Assembly: GCA_010909165.1 (NCBI GenBank)
Contig: VJWM01000044.1
Span: 1,240,001 to 1,304,000, forward strand
DNA from: Anthoceros angustus
Lineage: Eukaryota; Plantae; Anthocerotophyta
Length of the DNA: 64,000 bases
Direction of reading: 5' to 3'
A program made the translations under genes and the position numbers. Below the pieces are notes generated by a model. The model searched no databases. It was not told the origin of the DNA and was given only the letters and a program-made list of their open reading frames with translations. This document shows, piece by piece, positions 1 through 13,025 of the stretch. Position 1 is the stretch's first letter; each line of letters starts with the position of its first letter.

Positions 1-975
1 ATTCTCCCTTGGAGAATCTCGTTCCGCTCCTCCGTTACGTCTCCTTCCGGCCCTCCAACTCCTGGCGCCGTTCCTCTGTATCCTGCAATTGTACCCGGAG
101 GTCTCTTAACTCATTGATGCGGGCCTCCATCTCCTCCTCACGGATTGCCCGTGCCTGCTCCGCCGCTGCCTGCTCTGCCTTCAGGTTGCCGTGGCTGCTC
201 CTGCCGCCATTCTCCACCGGTTTTGTGTCCCACCGGTAGTGATCCCTATTCGTCTTGGTAGAGGCCTCTACCTCCCGCGCCCCCTTCACTTAAGCCTCCT
301 AGACTTGGTTCTACTCTTGTCAGGCTGTTTCGGCCAAGTCCTTGGCCCTCTCCGCTTGCCTGCGCGCTTCCTCCGCCTCCTCTTGGGCCGCTCCTCTCCT
401 CGCCCGCAACCGAAGAACTTTTGCTCTTCCTCGAGCTCTCGCCCATCCTTGGGAACCATATCTTTCCAGCTGGCGGTCCGGCGGCTCGCCGGCTCACAGC
501 TTCTTCCAAGTCCTTCTCCAACTCGGCGATATCACCTCGCGCCCATGACTTGCCTCCACCCTCCAACAGCCGAGCCGCCTATCTCCCGCTCGTGATCCTC
601 GATTCTCCTTGAGAATCTCGTTCCTCCTCCGTTACGTCTCCTTGGCCTCCAACTCCTGGCGCCCGTTCCTCTGTATCCTGCAATTGTGAGGTCTCTTAAC
701 TCATTGATGCGGGCCTCCATCTCCTCCTCACGGATTGCCCGTGCGCCCCCTTGGCCTCGCCAGTTGCCGTGGCGCTCCACCGCCATTCTCCACCGGTTTG
801 TGTCCCACCTTAGTGATCCCTATTCGTCTTGGTAGAGGCCTCTACCTCCCGCGCCCCCTTCACTTAAGCCTCCTAGACTTGGTTCTACTCTTGTCAGGCT
901 GTTTCGGCCAAGTCCTTGGCCCTCTCCGCTTGCCTGCGCGCTTCCTCCGCCTCCTCTTGGGCCGCTCCTCTCCTA
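1..975. repeat. Tandem duplication (~1-400 repeated at ~602-975)
   Basis: ATTCTCC..GAGAATCTCGTTCC...GCCGCTCCTCTCCT occurs twice, differing by small indels. Confidence 0.85.
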
Positions 976-995
976 CTGCAAAGGTCCTCTGCCCT

Positions 996-3630
996 TGCTT
1001 GCGCCTCCTAGGCGTGCTTCAGCTGTTCACATAGTTGAAGCACCCTGGCCCTGTCCTGTTGGGCGGACCTGGCCTCCGACTCCGCTGTCCGTCGCTTCTC
1101 CTCCTCGACCCTAGCGAGGGTCTCCGCCTTTCTCCTGGCCGCTTGGGCCGCCTCCGCCTGGCCCTGAAGCTCCACCATTCTCCTTCTAGTGGCTTCCACC
1201 TCTTGCATCTTCTTTGCCGTCCCGCAGAGCCCCCAAAGCATACCGTCCATGGCCAGCGGGGCTCCGCCGCGTTTCTTCTGTGGCTAGGGAGGTACCCAGT
1301 GAAGTCCGGCCGAGGGTGCGGGTATCTCCGGTCCGTTAGCTGCCATTGTCGGGAGGGAGGCCGTTGGGAACTCCGGACTGACCGGAACCCTTAGGTCCGA
1401 CTATTTTGGTCCGAGCCTCTACCTCCTTGGCACAGTTGGCGCTAGCTCCTTCTCCGCCCGCCTTGGCTTGGGGTCCCGGGAGGCGGAGGTCGGCTCGCTT
1501 TCCCCTCTTAGTCGGCGATAGGACGGGCTCGGGATGGGGTTGCTGCTAGTGTCCTCTCGCTCCCTGGGCCGCATCCCGTTCTGCCCTTCTCACCGCTTCC
1601 TCGACCTCTTGCCACTCCGTTGGTAAAGGCAGGCAGGAGCGGTCCTTGGAAATCGTGTGGTGAGGGGCGTTTTCCTCTTCTTCGCCTCCCTCCTGGTCTG
1701 CGGGGCTCGGTGGTGGGGCCGTCGTGGGTCGATCTCATTGCACAAGAACCACTAGCTCTCTTCACATCGTGGTTGCCTCGGCGCGAGGTGTTGAGCGGAG
1801 GGACTAAAAGGAGGAAGCGGAATTTCTTCCCATACTTCCACAGGTCGCTCCACCGTATGGACTCGGAATGCCTTCCCAGTCTTCATCCTCCTGGGTCCGC
1901 CTTTGGGCTTGAGTGGCGTCCTTCCGGTTCACGGGCTGGGCCTCTCACTTCGACTTAGGGGTTACCAACCTTTCACGGCGCTCTCTTCTTCTCCCTCCTT
2001 CGGAGGTTGAGGTGTCCCGGACATGGACAATAGCGGCGGCGGCGGGGCGGCTTCTCATTGCGCTCACAGCCTCTGGTTGATCCGGCGAAGATGATCCTTC
2101 CCGATCCGCTCTTTTCCCCGCTGCGGGCGTGGAGGAAAACAAGCAAATTATCACCAGGTGGTCCACCTTGGTGAGCATGTTCAATGCGATGTCTTCGCCA
2201 CCATTCTCACCCGTCGGTCCAATAGGTCCGACATCATTACCCATTCGAGGACCGCTGCGTCCGGCCTCAAAAGCGCCGCCTTGCTTGCGCCTCCCTAGGC
2301 GTGCTTCACTGTCACATAGTTGAAGCACCTGCCCTATCTGTTAGGCGGACGCCTCAGACTCCATTGTCAGGTGGCTTCTCCTCCTCGACCCTAGCGAGGG
2401 TCTCCGCCTTTCTCCGCCGCTTGGGCCGCCTCCGCTGGCCACAAGCTCCACCATTCTCCTTCTAGTGGCTTCCACCTCTTGCATCTTCTTTGCCGTCCCG
2501 CAGAGCCCCCAAAGCATACCGTCCATGACCATGCGGCGAGGCTCTGCTTTCTTCATGGTGCTAGGGAGGTACCCGTGAAGTCCGCTGAGGGTGCGGGTAT
2601 CTCCCGGTCCGTTAAGGACTGCCAGACCGCTGTCCGGAGGGAGGCCGGACTGGGAACTCCGGACCCAATCAGAACCCTTAGGTCCTGACTATTTTGGTCC
2701 GGAGCCTCTACCTCCTTGGCCTGGTTGGCCGCTAGCTCCTTCTCCGCCCGCCTTCGCTTGGGGTCCGGAGACGGAGAAGGGGTCCGGAAGCTGGCTCGCT
2801 TTCCCCTCTTAGTCGGCGATAGGACGGGCTCGGGATGGGGTTGCTGCTAGTGTCCTCTCGCTCCCTGGGCCGCATCCCGTTCTGCCCTTCTCACCGCTTC
2901 CTCGACCTCTTGCCACTCCGTTGGTAAAGGCAAGGGCACGGGAGCGGTCCTTGGAGTCGTAGTGGTAGGGGCCGTTTTCCTCTTCTTCGCCTCCCTCCTG
3001 GTCCTGCGGGGCTCGGTAGCTGGGGCCGTCGTAGATTGCTGATCTGCTGGTACAGCAACCACTAGCTCTCTTCCTGTCGTGGTTGCCTCCGGCGCGAGGT
3101 GTTCGGGCGGAGGGACTAAAAGGAGGGAAGCGGGAATTTCTTCCCATACTTCCCTGGGCGGCGAGGGGGTCCGCTCCAGCCGTATGGACTCCGGAATGCC
3201 TTCCCAGTCTTCATCCTCCTGGGTCCGCCTGGGCTTGAGTGGCCGTCCTTCTGGTTCCTGGGCCTGGGCCTCTCACTTCGACTTAGGCAGGGTTACCAAC
3301 CCTTTCCTGAGCGCTCGCTCTTCTTCTCCCTCCTTCAGGAGGTTGAGGTGTCCCCAGACATGGACAATAAACGGCGGCGAGGGGGTCCGCCTCGGCCTCG
3401 GCCTCTGGTTGATCCGGGCGAAGATGATCCTTCCCCAGTCCGCTCTTTTCCCCCGCTGCAGGGCGTGGAGGAAAACAAGCAAATTATCACCAAGGTGGTC
3501 CACCTTGGTGAGCATGTTCCAATGCACGATGTCTTTCGCCACCATTCTCACCCGTCGGTCCAATAGGTCCGACATCAGCCACCCATTCGAGGACCGCTGC
3601 GTCCCGGCCTCAAAAGCGCCGCCTTGGCTG
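996..3630. repeat. ~1.3-kb tandem duplication (~996-2285 vs ~2280-3630)
   Basis: Long colinear identity (e.g. TTAGTCGGCGATAGGACGGGCTCGG at 1508 and 2809). The two copies differ by many 1-3 nt indels. Confidence 0.85.
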
Positions 3631-3930
3631 CTTCCACCCTCCCTTTCACCTTAAGGGGTCTCGGAACCACGCCCCCAATCTCTTCCACCGGCCGATTGTA
3701 AACCGCCCGCAGGACCTTAACGGTCCATCTCCTTGGGTCCTCCTCGACTCTTGGGCGGGCCGGTTTTGTTGGCCGCCCTCAGGCGCCGCGATTCAGGAGG
3801 CGGCAGTGCGTAGATAGATAAAAGGGCCATAGGCCGCGTAGGAGGACGGATTGCTGATGTTTGTTCGGGTGAACAGCCATACGCGTCCCGGGGATTATTT
3901 TATAGTGTGAGCTCTTGGTGAAAGGGAGAG

Positions 3931-4267
3931 TGAGGGGTTTTTGCTGGGCTTCAGGCAAGAACAATTTTTCTGTTGGCGGTTTTGACTTGGTATGTTTGTG
4001 GTTTTAACTTGGTGATGAGGCTTATCACGGTTAGGGTTGTGTGTGAGTTGTCCAGGAAATCCTTGAACGCTGCAACATGTCATGAGCGTTATGCAGCCAT
4101 GGCGCGACATGAGCTTTTTGGTTGCATGTAGAAATATTTTGGAGGAGGAACATGCTGTGCTCATGAATATATAAATCATATATATATACATGATAAAAAT
4201 ATATACAATGAATGCAAAGAAGCACGAGGTGTAGTAGTAGCCGGTCCATCCGGGAGCGTGCGTGTCA
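3931..4267 (+). repeat. Putative 3' LTR (~337 bp)
   Basis: Starts TGAGGGG right after the PPT, ends CGTGTCA, and contains a TATA-like AT-rich block at ~4167-4205. The partner LTR is outside the window. Confidence 0.5.
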
Positions 4268-5212
4268 AGCCTGTCTTGCAGGCTGTGAATTTAGTACACG
4301 TAGAGAATATGTAAGAATGATTTTATAAGGGACTTGGCCACTCCACTCGTGAGGCCGAGATGGCATTAAAAATAGCGGCCACGGGAGTTCCAAAGCTCGG
4401 GAGGTGGGAGGAGGGAGGAGGGAGGAGGGAAGAGGAAGGAGACGCGGATATGGAAGCGAGGAGCGAGGAAGCACACAACGTTATTACCTCCGTACAGTCT
4501 TTACCGTTTCAGCGTTTTGAAATGGGGGAGGCAGGGGCCCCGCCATCGTAAAACGGGGTTTCTAAAATGAATGTCGAGGTTGCTTTCGGGGTGCGTGGCA
4601 CCAATTGGCGCGCGTCCTCGCTTTGCCGACCAACAATTTCTCCGTCACCCAGTCGCCCGTCATGTGTGATTGCTACCCCGCGGTGAAGCCGACGATTTGA
4701 TGCCCGCGTCTGCTGCAGCCTAGCCTGCAGCCGCGGAAGGACACGATCGTCGGCCGCAGCGCGCGCAGCAGGAAGCAGGGGCCAGGAAGCAGAAAGCAGG
4801 AAGCAGGAAGTAGCGAGCAGCAAGCAGCGAGCAGCGAGCAGCGAGCAGGGCATGGCGGATTCTCCACAACTCGCCGCCTGCACTTGCCAATTGCTCTCCG
4901 CTCCCCACCGCCCCCAGATGCGGACGCACCACCACAAGCAGCAGCAGCAGCAGCAGGATTGGAGCAAGGGGGAGCGTGAGGTCGGCGGACAGGAAGCCCC
5001 GGACGCACAACATTTGCTGCGCGCTGCCTCCTGATGCGGACAATGCGCTCTAGAGCGCCTTCTTTGAGCTGTGTGATGCGGGATTTGGAGCTTTGCGCCA
5101 GGCAGATCTGCGGCGGATGGGGCCTCGGATCCGGCTGCCCGCTGCTGCAGGGCTGAATTCCGGGGCGCGCCCCCGGGGCTGATTCCGCGCATTGCCGCAC
5201 CCGCACGCTTGG

Positions 5213-8200
5213 ATGGCCGAGGCCACCACCATGGCTCGTAGCACGCTGGAGGAATTGCTGGAGTCCATCAAGATCAAGGATGAGATTCCCAAGGATGTGC
5301 CCCCGGCCCTGCCCAGGCGCCCCACCTCCAGAGCTCGCCTGCCGTCCTCGTTGCGCTTCAAGAGGAGCGCGCTGCCGCGGGCCAATGCGGCGGATGTGTC
5401 GGCCCGGCATGAGGATGCGGGGAGCAGCGGGCACGGGGAGGAGGACGGGGTGCGGCAGAGTAGCGGGCATGGGGACGTAGCAGAGCCGGAGGCACAGGGT
5501 GCTCCTGCCTGGGACGAGGACGATGAATGCGGTGCGGGCATCAGCCCTGATTTGCCGGCAACATCTGCTGCTTCGGCCGGCGAAGGCGCGGCTGCAGTTT
5601 CCGGCCCCCATTTGGTCAGCGTTCAGTCGTTGCACATGTCCTGGCCCCCCTTGTCTTCGCCCGAATCGCCTTCCGACTTGGATGCAGGAGTAATTCTTGC
5701 TGCATCGTCGCCCCTCGGTTTTGCTGGAGGCTCGCCAGCTGTGCTCATTCCGGGAGATGGAGTGGGAGGGTTCAGGAGTCCTGGCCTGCTTCTTGAGTCT
5801 CCGGCGGTGTCCAGTCCCACGGTTATCAGTGCCAAGCTAGATTTAGAGCCTCGAGGAAGGGAAAGTGTCCAAGAGCTGGATAACAGGTCTTCAAACATCT
5901 TTGACGTGCTCAAGAGCCCGTCCAAGGCAACTGTTACAGCATTTTCTGGGCCACCGTCCCCTCCTCCTGCTTCCGCTTCTGCTTCTGCTTCAGGGCCTGT
6001 CAATGTGGGCTTCTGTTTCCCCACCGCAGGCTTTACTCCCCCGACGTCTCCACCACGTCCGCCTCTTATATCCACTTCCAGAACTCTTTCCCGGAAATGG
6101 AAAGAAGAAGGAGTGCACGGATTGAAAAAGGTAACCTTCAACCTGCATGTGAAGGAGTCAGGACCGGGCTGAAAAAAACTTTTCTTCCTTCCTCTCCGGT
6201 GTGGCCTTAGGTGATTGTGTGTGGTTGCATGCATTTCACCTCCTCTCCGCTCACAATGCCTGCTTATTTAATGGCTGCTGCACACACAAATCTTTTGTGA
6301 AGCATAGCTTTGTCTTGTCACCTGCTGCTCTGTCTTTCAAGTTGGCATATACAATGGGACGGGTATTCTGCTTCACTGTCTTCTTGGTAATCCAGCACAT
6401 GCGTTCCTTCTTGTGTACTGAAGAATTCGTGTACATTTGCAGAATTCACGAGTTTGGTGCCTCGGTCATGACCATCTGTGGTTCCTAGGGGCCATCGAAT
6501 CAACTGTGGATGGTGAAACGCTGGTTCGGACGCCTGGTGGACAAGTACGATCCCTCTCTCAGTCTGCAGGTTGCAGTCCCTGCCTGGATGCTAGGTTTCA
6601 TTTTGATCAAGCCACCCCCCTGGTGATGCAGATTATCAAAACGGCTACGGCGACCCTACAACCGGCAAATCCAGACATTCTCGAGGGTGTCGACGATCTC
6701 ACCCAGCTGAGCTACCTGAATGAGCCTGCAGTTCTGCACAACCTGCAGTACAGATATGACCAGGACATGATATACGTAAGGGCATGCGTTGTAACCTCAG
6801 AGTCTGTCGGTTGTGCATGTGGTGGACTTCGAGGCTGAAAGTTGGTATCTTTTGCAGACCAGAGCTGGACCTGTGTTGATTGCTGTCAATCCCTTCAAGA
6901 AAGTACCCTTGTACTCAGCAGATTATGTTCAAGCTTATCGTAAGAAGAATGGGGAAAATTTGAATCCTCACGTGTACCTTGTGGCAGATAGTGCTTACAA
7001 TGCAATGGTTTCAGGTTAGTTCAGAAGACTCTTGCATGTCATGCACTTCCAAAGACTATGTGCCTTTGTTTAGGCAACGTGAGAACGATCTTTGACCGTG
7101 CTTGCCGGTCCTGAACTGTTATGCAGACGAGATTAATCAGTCCATAATCATCAGGTATGGGCTTAACACATGTCAGAGATTAATCTTATCCATGTTTTCT
7201 AGGACATCACGGCCCCAAGTAAATTGTCTGCTCATTAAGCGTTCGCTTTGGTCTGTTCCCCTCTCCGACCCTGAGCATCAGTGCTGTGTGTGCGCAGTGG
7301 TGAAAGTGGAGCAGGAAAAACTGAAACCGCCAAAATTGCCATGCAATATCTTGCTGCTCTTGGAGGGGGTAGTGGTGTTGAGAATGAAATACTGCAAACT
7401 AATCCAATTTTGGAGGCTTTTGGAAACGCCAAAACGCTTAGAAATGACAACTCAAGTCGTTTTGTGAGTATTAGTTCGTCATGTCCTTCACTCAGTTGGC
7501 GTGCCATCAAGATTTATAGCTCATCACAAGGGGCGGGTGGGGGGCGGGGGTTCTTTGCAGGGAAAACTCATTGACATACATTTTGCCAGGTCTGGCAAGA
7601 TATGTGGTGCAAAGATTCAAACATGTAAGCAAGTGTCTCTTCTGTCTTGTGCTAGCCTAAATCTTCTTGGTGCACCTGTGCAATTGTGCAGCAGCTGTTT
7701 TGTCTGAGGCTCACCCCTTCGGTTTTGGTTGCATGTCCCTGTCTGATGCCTGGACCTTTACAGACTTGCTGGAGAAGGTAGCTCTCCGGAACTCTGTGTG
7801 TCTGTCCACCTATTTGTCTCTAGCAGATGCTGATTCTGGTCCTGCAAAAAATTAAATCCATCAGATATTTATGAGCACAGACGACGCCGTTAAGTTGACT
7901 GTTGATATGCTTTGGGATGCAGTCTCGAGTTGTTCAGCAGGCCCAAGGCGAGCGGAATTATCACATCTTTTATCAGCTCTGTGCTGGGGCTGATGGAGCT
8001 CTGCGAGGTATTGCCAGATTTGGTCACCTAGAGAAATTATTAGGTTACCTGCAGAGGTCTCTTCTGCTTTGCATCGGGTATTAATAACTATTCTTGAACT
8101 TTATGCAGAGAGATTGTGGCTCAGGCCTGCTGAGCATTATCGGTACTTGAACCAGAGTGACTGTATGCAGATTGAGAATGTGAATGATGCAGAACAGTTT

Positions 8201-11200
8201 CATGCTGTCATGGTAAGTGATAAATGTTTAGATGCTCGATGCAACCTGTTTACATCCCTTTGCTACTTGCTCTCTCAGTCTCCTGTTTGTCAGTCTGGGT
8301 TCCTAACGACGATATGCCTTGTTTTCTGTTTCCAGAGTGCAATGAATGTTGTGCAGATCAGCAAAGAGGATCGAGAACTTGCTTTTGCTATGATTTCAGC
8401 AGTGCTCTGGATCGGAAACATCTCCTTCCATGTGGTTGATAATGACGGTCATGTGAATGTGGTTGAGGATGAAGGTGAGTGTGGCCAGCTGATTCTCAAA
8501 TTGGTTGGTGTAAGTCACACCTCAAGAGTTTGGGGGATCTTGTTTTCTGAAGGGTATTCTGTCGTCTCACAGCCCTTGAAGCAGCTGCACATTTGTTGCA
8601 ATGCAAAGCGGAAGACTTGACTTCAGCTCTGTGCTTGAGAAAGATGCGAGCTGGGTCTGATGACATAGTACAAAGTCTTAACCTCGCCCAGGTATGGTAT
8701 GTTCTGTTATGCTTGCGTCCAGATTATGATTATTTTTGTGGTAAATTCAGGTTAGCTTGCATTCTCACCTTTGTAAAGCCTTCTGTGTTTTGCAGGCTAC
8801 AGACTCCAGAGATGCACTAGCAAAAGCAATCTATGCAGGACTGTTTGATTGGCTGGTCGAACGCGTCAACAAATCCCTGGAAGTTGGCAAGCGCAGGACT
8901 GGCCGATCTATCAGTATTCTGGACATTTATGGGTTTGAGTCTTTTAAGGTACAATTCTGCTTGAAGCGCTTGGGAGAAATGGTTTCTCTATGGCTGTATC
9001 ATGTCTGTGAGGGGAGGAAGTGTCTTGAAGTATTACTCACAGTGTTTTATGTGCAGAGAAACAGCTTTGAGCAATTGTGTATAAATTTTGCCAATGAAAG
9101 GTTGCAGCAGCATTTCAACAGACATTTGTTTAAACTCGAGCAAGAGGTGCCATATCGCCTGCCCTTGTGTATTTTCTGTATGCCGTGTCTACTTGTCATC
9201 CTACTAATGAATTGTGCTCAGTTGGACTGCTAGTCATTCTATCCCAGTTTCAATACTTAAGATAGCTGATTTATGTCCATTTCAGGAGTACACGTCAGAG
9301 GGGATTGATTGGACCAAAGTTGATTTTGAAGATAATCAAGAATGTCTAGATCTGATTGAGAAGGTTGGTTGTTCCCCTTGTTGACCTCCCATTTGATATT
9401 TAGTTCTATCCTTGTTCAAGCAATGGAGAAAATACATCAGTTGAGGCATTCATGAATCACTACTGCCAATGTGTGGGTTTGCAGAGACCTCTTGGGTTAA
9501 TCTCACTGCTGGATGAGGAGTGCACATTTCCTCGAGCAACTGATGCCACACTGGCCCAGAAGCTGAACGAGCATCTGAAGACAAACTCTTGTTTCAGAGG
9601 AGAAAGAAGCAAAGCTTTCCGTATCTGCCACTATGCAGGAGACGTAAGAGAAAGCATGCATTTTGTCTAGTTGTAAAATGCTAAAAGCACGCTCAGTTAA
9701 TGTCTCAAGGCTAGTCCTTCATCATTGATAAGCAGCTCGTTCTGCTGCTTGCAGGTTCTGTATGACACAACAGGATTTTTGGAGAAGAACAGGGATCTGT
9801 TGCATGCCGACCTTCTTAATCTTCTTTTATCCTGCGAGTGCCCGCTGCCCCAGCTCTTTGCAGCTGAGATTGCTCAAAGTGTACAGAAATTGATCAGTCC
9901 AACAAGGAGAGGACTTGCAACCAGTGAATCGCAGAAGCAGAGTGTGGCAACCAAATTCAAGGTAGTAGGTTTTTATGAACAAGGTACACTGGGTGTTAAT
10001 ATCTAAGTTCTGAAGCAAGGCAATGAACATGTGGCTTGTTTATGAGTGTAGGGCCAGTTGTCGAAATTGATGCAAAGGCTGGAGAGCACAGCACCTCACT
10101 TCATTCGCTGCATTAAGCCAAACACTTTACAGCATCCAGGGGTGTATGAGCAAGAGCTGGTGTTGCAGCAACTGCAATGTTGTGGTGTGCTGGAAGTGGT
10201 GCGAATTTCTCGATCAGGATATCCTACACGGCATCTGCACCAGAAGTTTGCAGAGAGGTTGCCCTTCCCTTCTGAATGCCTGAAAAATTTGCACTAAAAA
10301 AGATTGAGTGTTATGCTATCAGTCATGGCTATTTTTGTACTTCAATTTCCCATATACTTTTGGTGTGCAGGTATGGCTTTCTACTATTGAAGAATGTTGC
10401 TACTCAGCAGGATATTTTGAGTGTTTGTGTTGCTATTCTGCATCAATTTGGAATACATCCTGAAATGTATCAAGTCGGTCTGACCAAGCTGTTTTTCCGT
10501 GCTGGACAAGTATGCAACTTTCTCTTTGGCATCGATGACCTCTGAAATGAGTTGGTTGCATTATTCCTTCCAATGACGAATGCCAAGTTTGATTGACAAG
10601 TTGTCTAACCAACTGCAGATAGGAAAACTTGAGGACCTAAGATTACGCACATTGCAAGGAGTGCTTGCAGTCCAGAAGGTTTTTCGTGGTTACAAAGATA
10701 GGCGTGAGTTCAAGCGGTTGCGGAAAGCCACAGTTTGTCTGCAGTCATGTAAGAAAGAGCTCTAGCTGGTTGGTGATTTTTCGATTTTTGCTGTTTCTGT
10801 TCTGACAGCAGCATACACTACAGGGGCCAGAGGTGCAAAGGCGAGGAAGCTATATAAAGTAATGAAAGAAGAGCATATGGCAGCTGTGACAATCCAGAAA
10901 CATGTAAGGAGGAAAGCAGCTGAGAAGGCGTTTGTGTTGTTTCGCCAAACTGTCATTTCTGTCCAAAGAGGTGAGAAGTATTTTCTGAGTTGCCTTGCCG
11001 GGTTATGTTGTTGTTTGTGAACAAACAATGCGTGCTTTGCAAATAGAAGAATCTGATGGTGTGCGGATGGAATTTAGTTGCCCGTGTATGGCTAGCAAGG
11101 AGGGCATTGGAAGCTAGGCGAAAAGAAGTGGAAGAAGAGAGGCTTGCTGCAGACGTTGCTCTTTCAAAATTTGTTGAAGCTGAGCCCGTGGAGGAATTTA

Positions 11201-12197
11201 CTTTTGATGTTGATGACCATCAGACAGATGGCAGGCAGAGGGATGCTGATGACACAGATCTCACTGTAAGATGCATCACTTTTTATCCACCTTATGTTTC
11301 TTCAGTCACATTTACTTGCATATAAGGTACCCAGATGTTCGCTTTAGATAACAATGTCTTGTTTGCTTGATGGGATTGTTATGTTATTAGAGCTTGGAGA
11401 TATCACGAGCTGTAGAACTAAGGAAGGCAGAAGAACTGCTCAAGGTCCAAGGGACAGAGCTATTGGAGTGGCAAAAGAGGGCCCTCGCTGCTGAAAAAGC
11501 TCTTAGGGAACAAGAAGAGGACAACGGTGTAATGCGTCAAAGGTTGCAGCAATATGAAACCCGATGGTCAGAGTATGAGACCAAGATGTCATCCATGGAG
11601 GCGGTGTGGCAGCAGCAAATGACCTCACTGCAGTTAAGTCTTGCGGCAGCAAAGAAAAGTCTTGCCAATGATGAGTCTCAGCTACAACAGTCCAAGCATG
11701 AAGAGGGAATAAATTTGAAGGTTACTGTTCCGCCCACGCCAACCAGGCTTCAACGGTCTACGAGGCACATACTCCCTCATGAAGAGGATGACTTTGATTG
11801 GGACGATGCAACTACTTTAGGGACTAAAACTCCTGAGACCAATGTCACTCCAAACAGGTATGGCGGACCTGTTTCGAGCAATGAGTTCAAAGCATCCAAG
11901 GAGCTGGATGCTGGCAGGCCTGTCGTCAGCCATTTGGTCAAGGAATTTGATCACAGGACGCAGGTTTTTGATGATGATGCTGACTTTTTGGTTGAAGTGA
12001 AGTCTGGACTAGCAGATGCAAACCTGAACCCTGAGCATGAGCTCAGAAAGTTGAAGCAGCGCTTTGATGTCTGGAAGAAGGATTTCAAGGTAAGATTGCG
12101 GGAAACAAAGGCAGTTCTCCAGAGGCTGGGCAATGGCAATGGAGATTCCGGGGACAAAAACAGGAAGAAATGGTGGGGCAAGCGAACCAATTTGTAG
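5213..12197 (+). CDS. Class VIII myosin (ATM1/VIII-like), >20 exons
   Basis: N-terminal [26 protein letters not shown] motif; motor motifs [66 protein letters not shown]; IQ motifs; class VIII tail ([65 protein letters not shown]). GT-AG introns include a 14-nt micro-exon at ~7764-7777. Confidence 0.97.
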
Positions 12198-13025
12198 ACA
12201 CTCGTAGTCTTAGACCCTGTTGTTGCATAGAGCTGAGGTGATCGTTGCTGTGTTCTCCTTCGGGAGCGGCACCTGTATCGACAAGCTTAGAGAACTTACT
12301 CACTGATTATCTGGCTCTTACCCTTCCCTATTAGTTCCCTGTACATTGCAGGTGTGTAGAGGCCCAAGATATGTCTGAGATACGCACAAAGTTGGGTCAA
12401 CGATAGAGTTAGTCCCGTGTATTTACGCTCTTACACTATAGTCCCTCACCCTAGGTGACGGTTGTACTTTCCGGTGTCTCAGTTCCTGATCAGGTGGAGA
12501 CTTTTCTAAGATTTCTCAGTTGCTTGTTCGATTTGCGCGTTCACCGCGTTAGATAAGAGGGGTATTGTATTTGGCCCGAGTTCTAGCTACTTCCTCACAT
12601 AGTCTCGTGGTCAGATTTTGGACAACAAATTTAACATAGACTTGTTTCATATAACGACTGCTTATTATCTCTCGCACTCTGAACAAAGTTCTTACTTCCA
12701 GGTGGATAATAGTGTAAGACATGCCCAGGACTTCTAAAAACACAGAACACTGCTTACATATTAAGACAACCAGCTTGAGACACCAAATTAAAAATCGCAT
12801 AGACCTCCTTCCGTAGCTATACATATTAGAACCTGTTGCACTCCTAGCACCAGATGCTAACTGGCCAATAAGGAGCCACTTAGCATTCAGTGTGCAAATG
12901 GTTCATTTTAAATCGGTCTAGTATGACTTGAACCCTGCATAATTCCCTTTTCCAATGCTTTGTGGCATAGGACAGGGTGTTGTTTAGGGCGTATGCAATA
13001 GCCTAAGCAAATACAAACGATCCAC

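Larger units (their letters stand above)
1..3760 (-). pseudogene. Fragmented retrotransposon accessory ORF (coiled-coil), present in partially duplicated copies
   Basis: ORF pieces recur: 3273-3575 vs 1945-2328; 2341-2556 vs 1008-1250 (MDGMLWGLCGTAKKMQEVEATRRR); 35-289 vs 532-786 (AIREEEMEARINELRDL). Confidence 0.55.
1..4267 (+). mobile_element. 3' portion of an LTR retrotransposon (probably Ty3/Gypsy, Tat/Athila-like) carrying an antisense coiled-coil ORF; internally duplicated and frameshifted
   Basis: Purine tract GAAAGGGAGAG (3920-3930) directly precedes a TGA...TCA segment (3931-4267). Upstream minus-strand ORF fragments (GKRADWGRIIF, then E/R/A-rich coiled coil) resemble the extra ORFs of bryophyte LTR elements. 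No gag/pol is inside the window. Confidence 0.6.
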
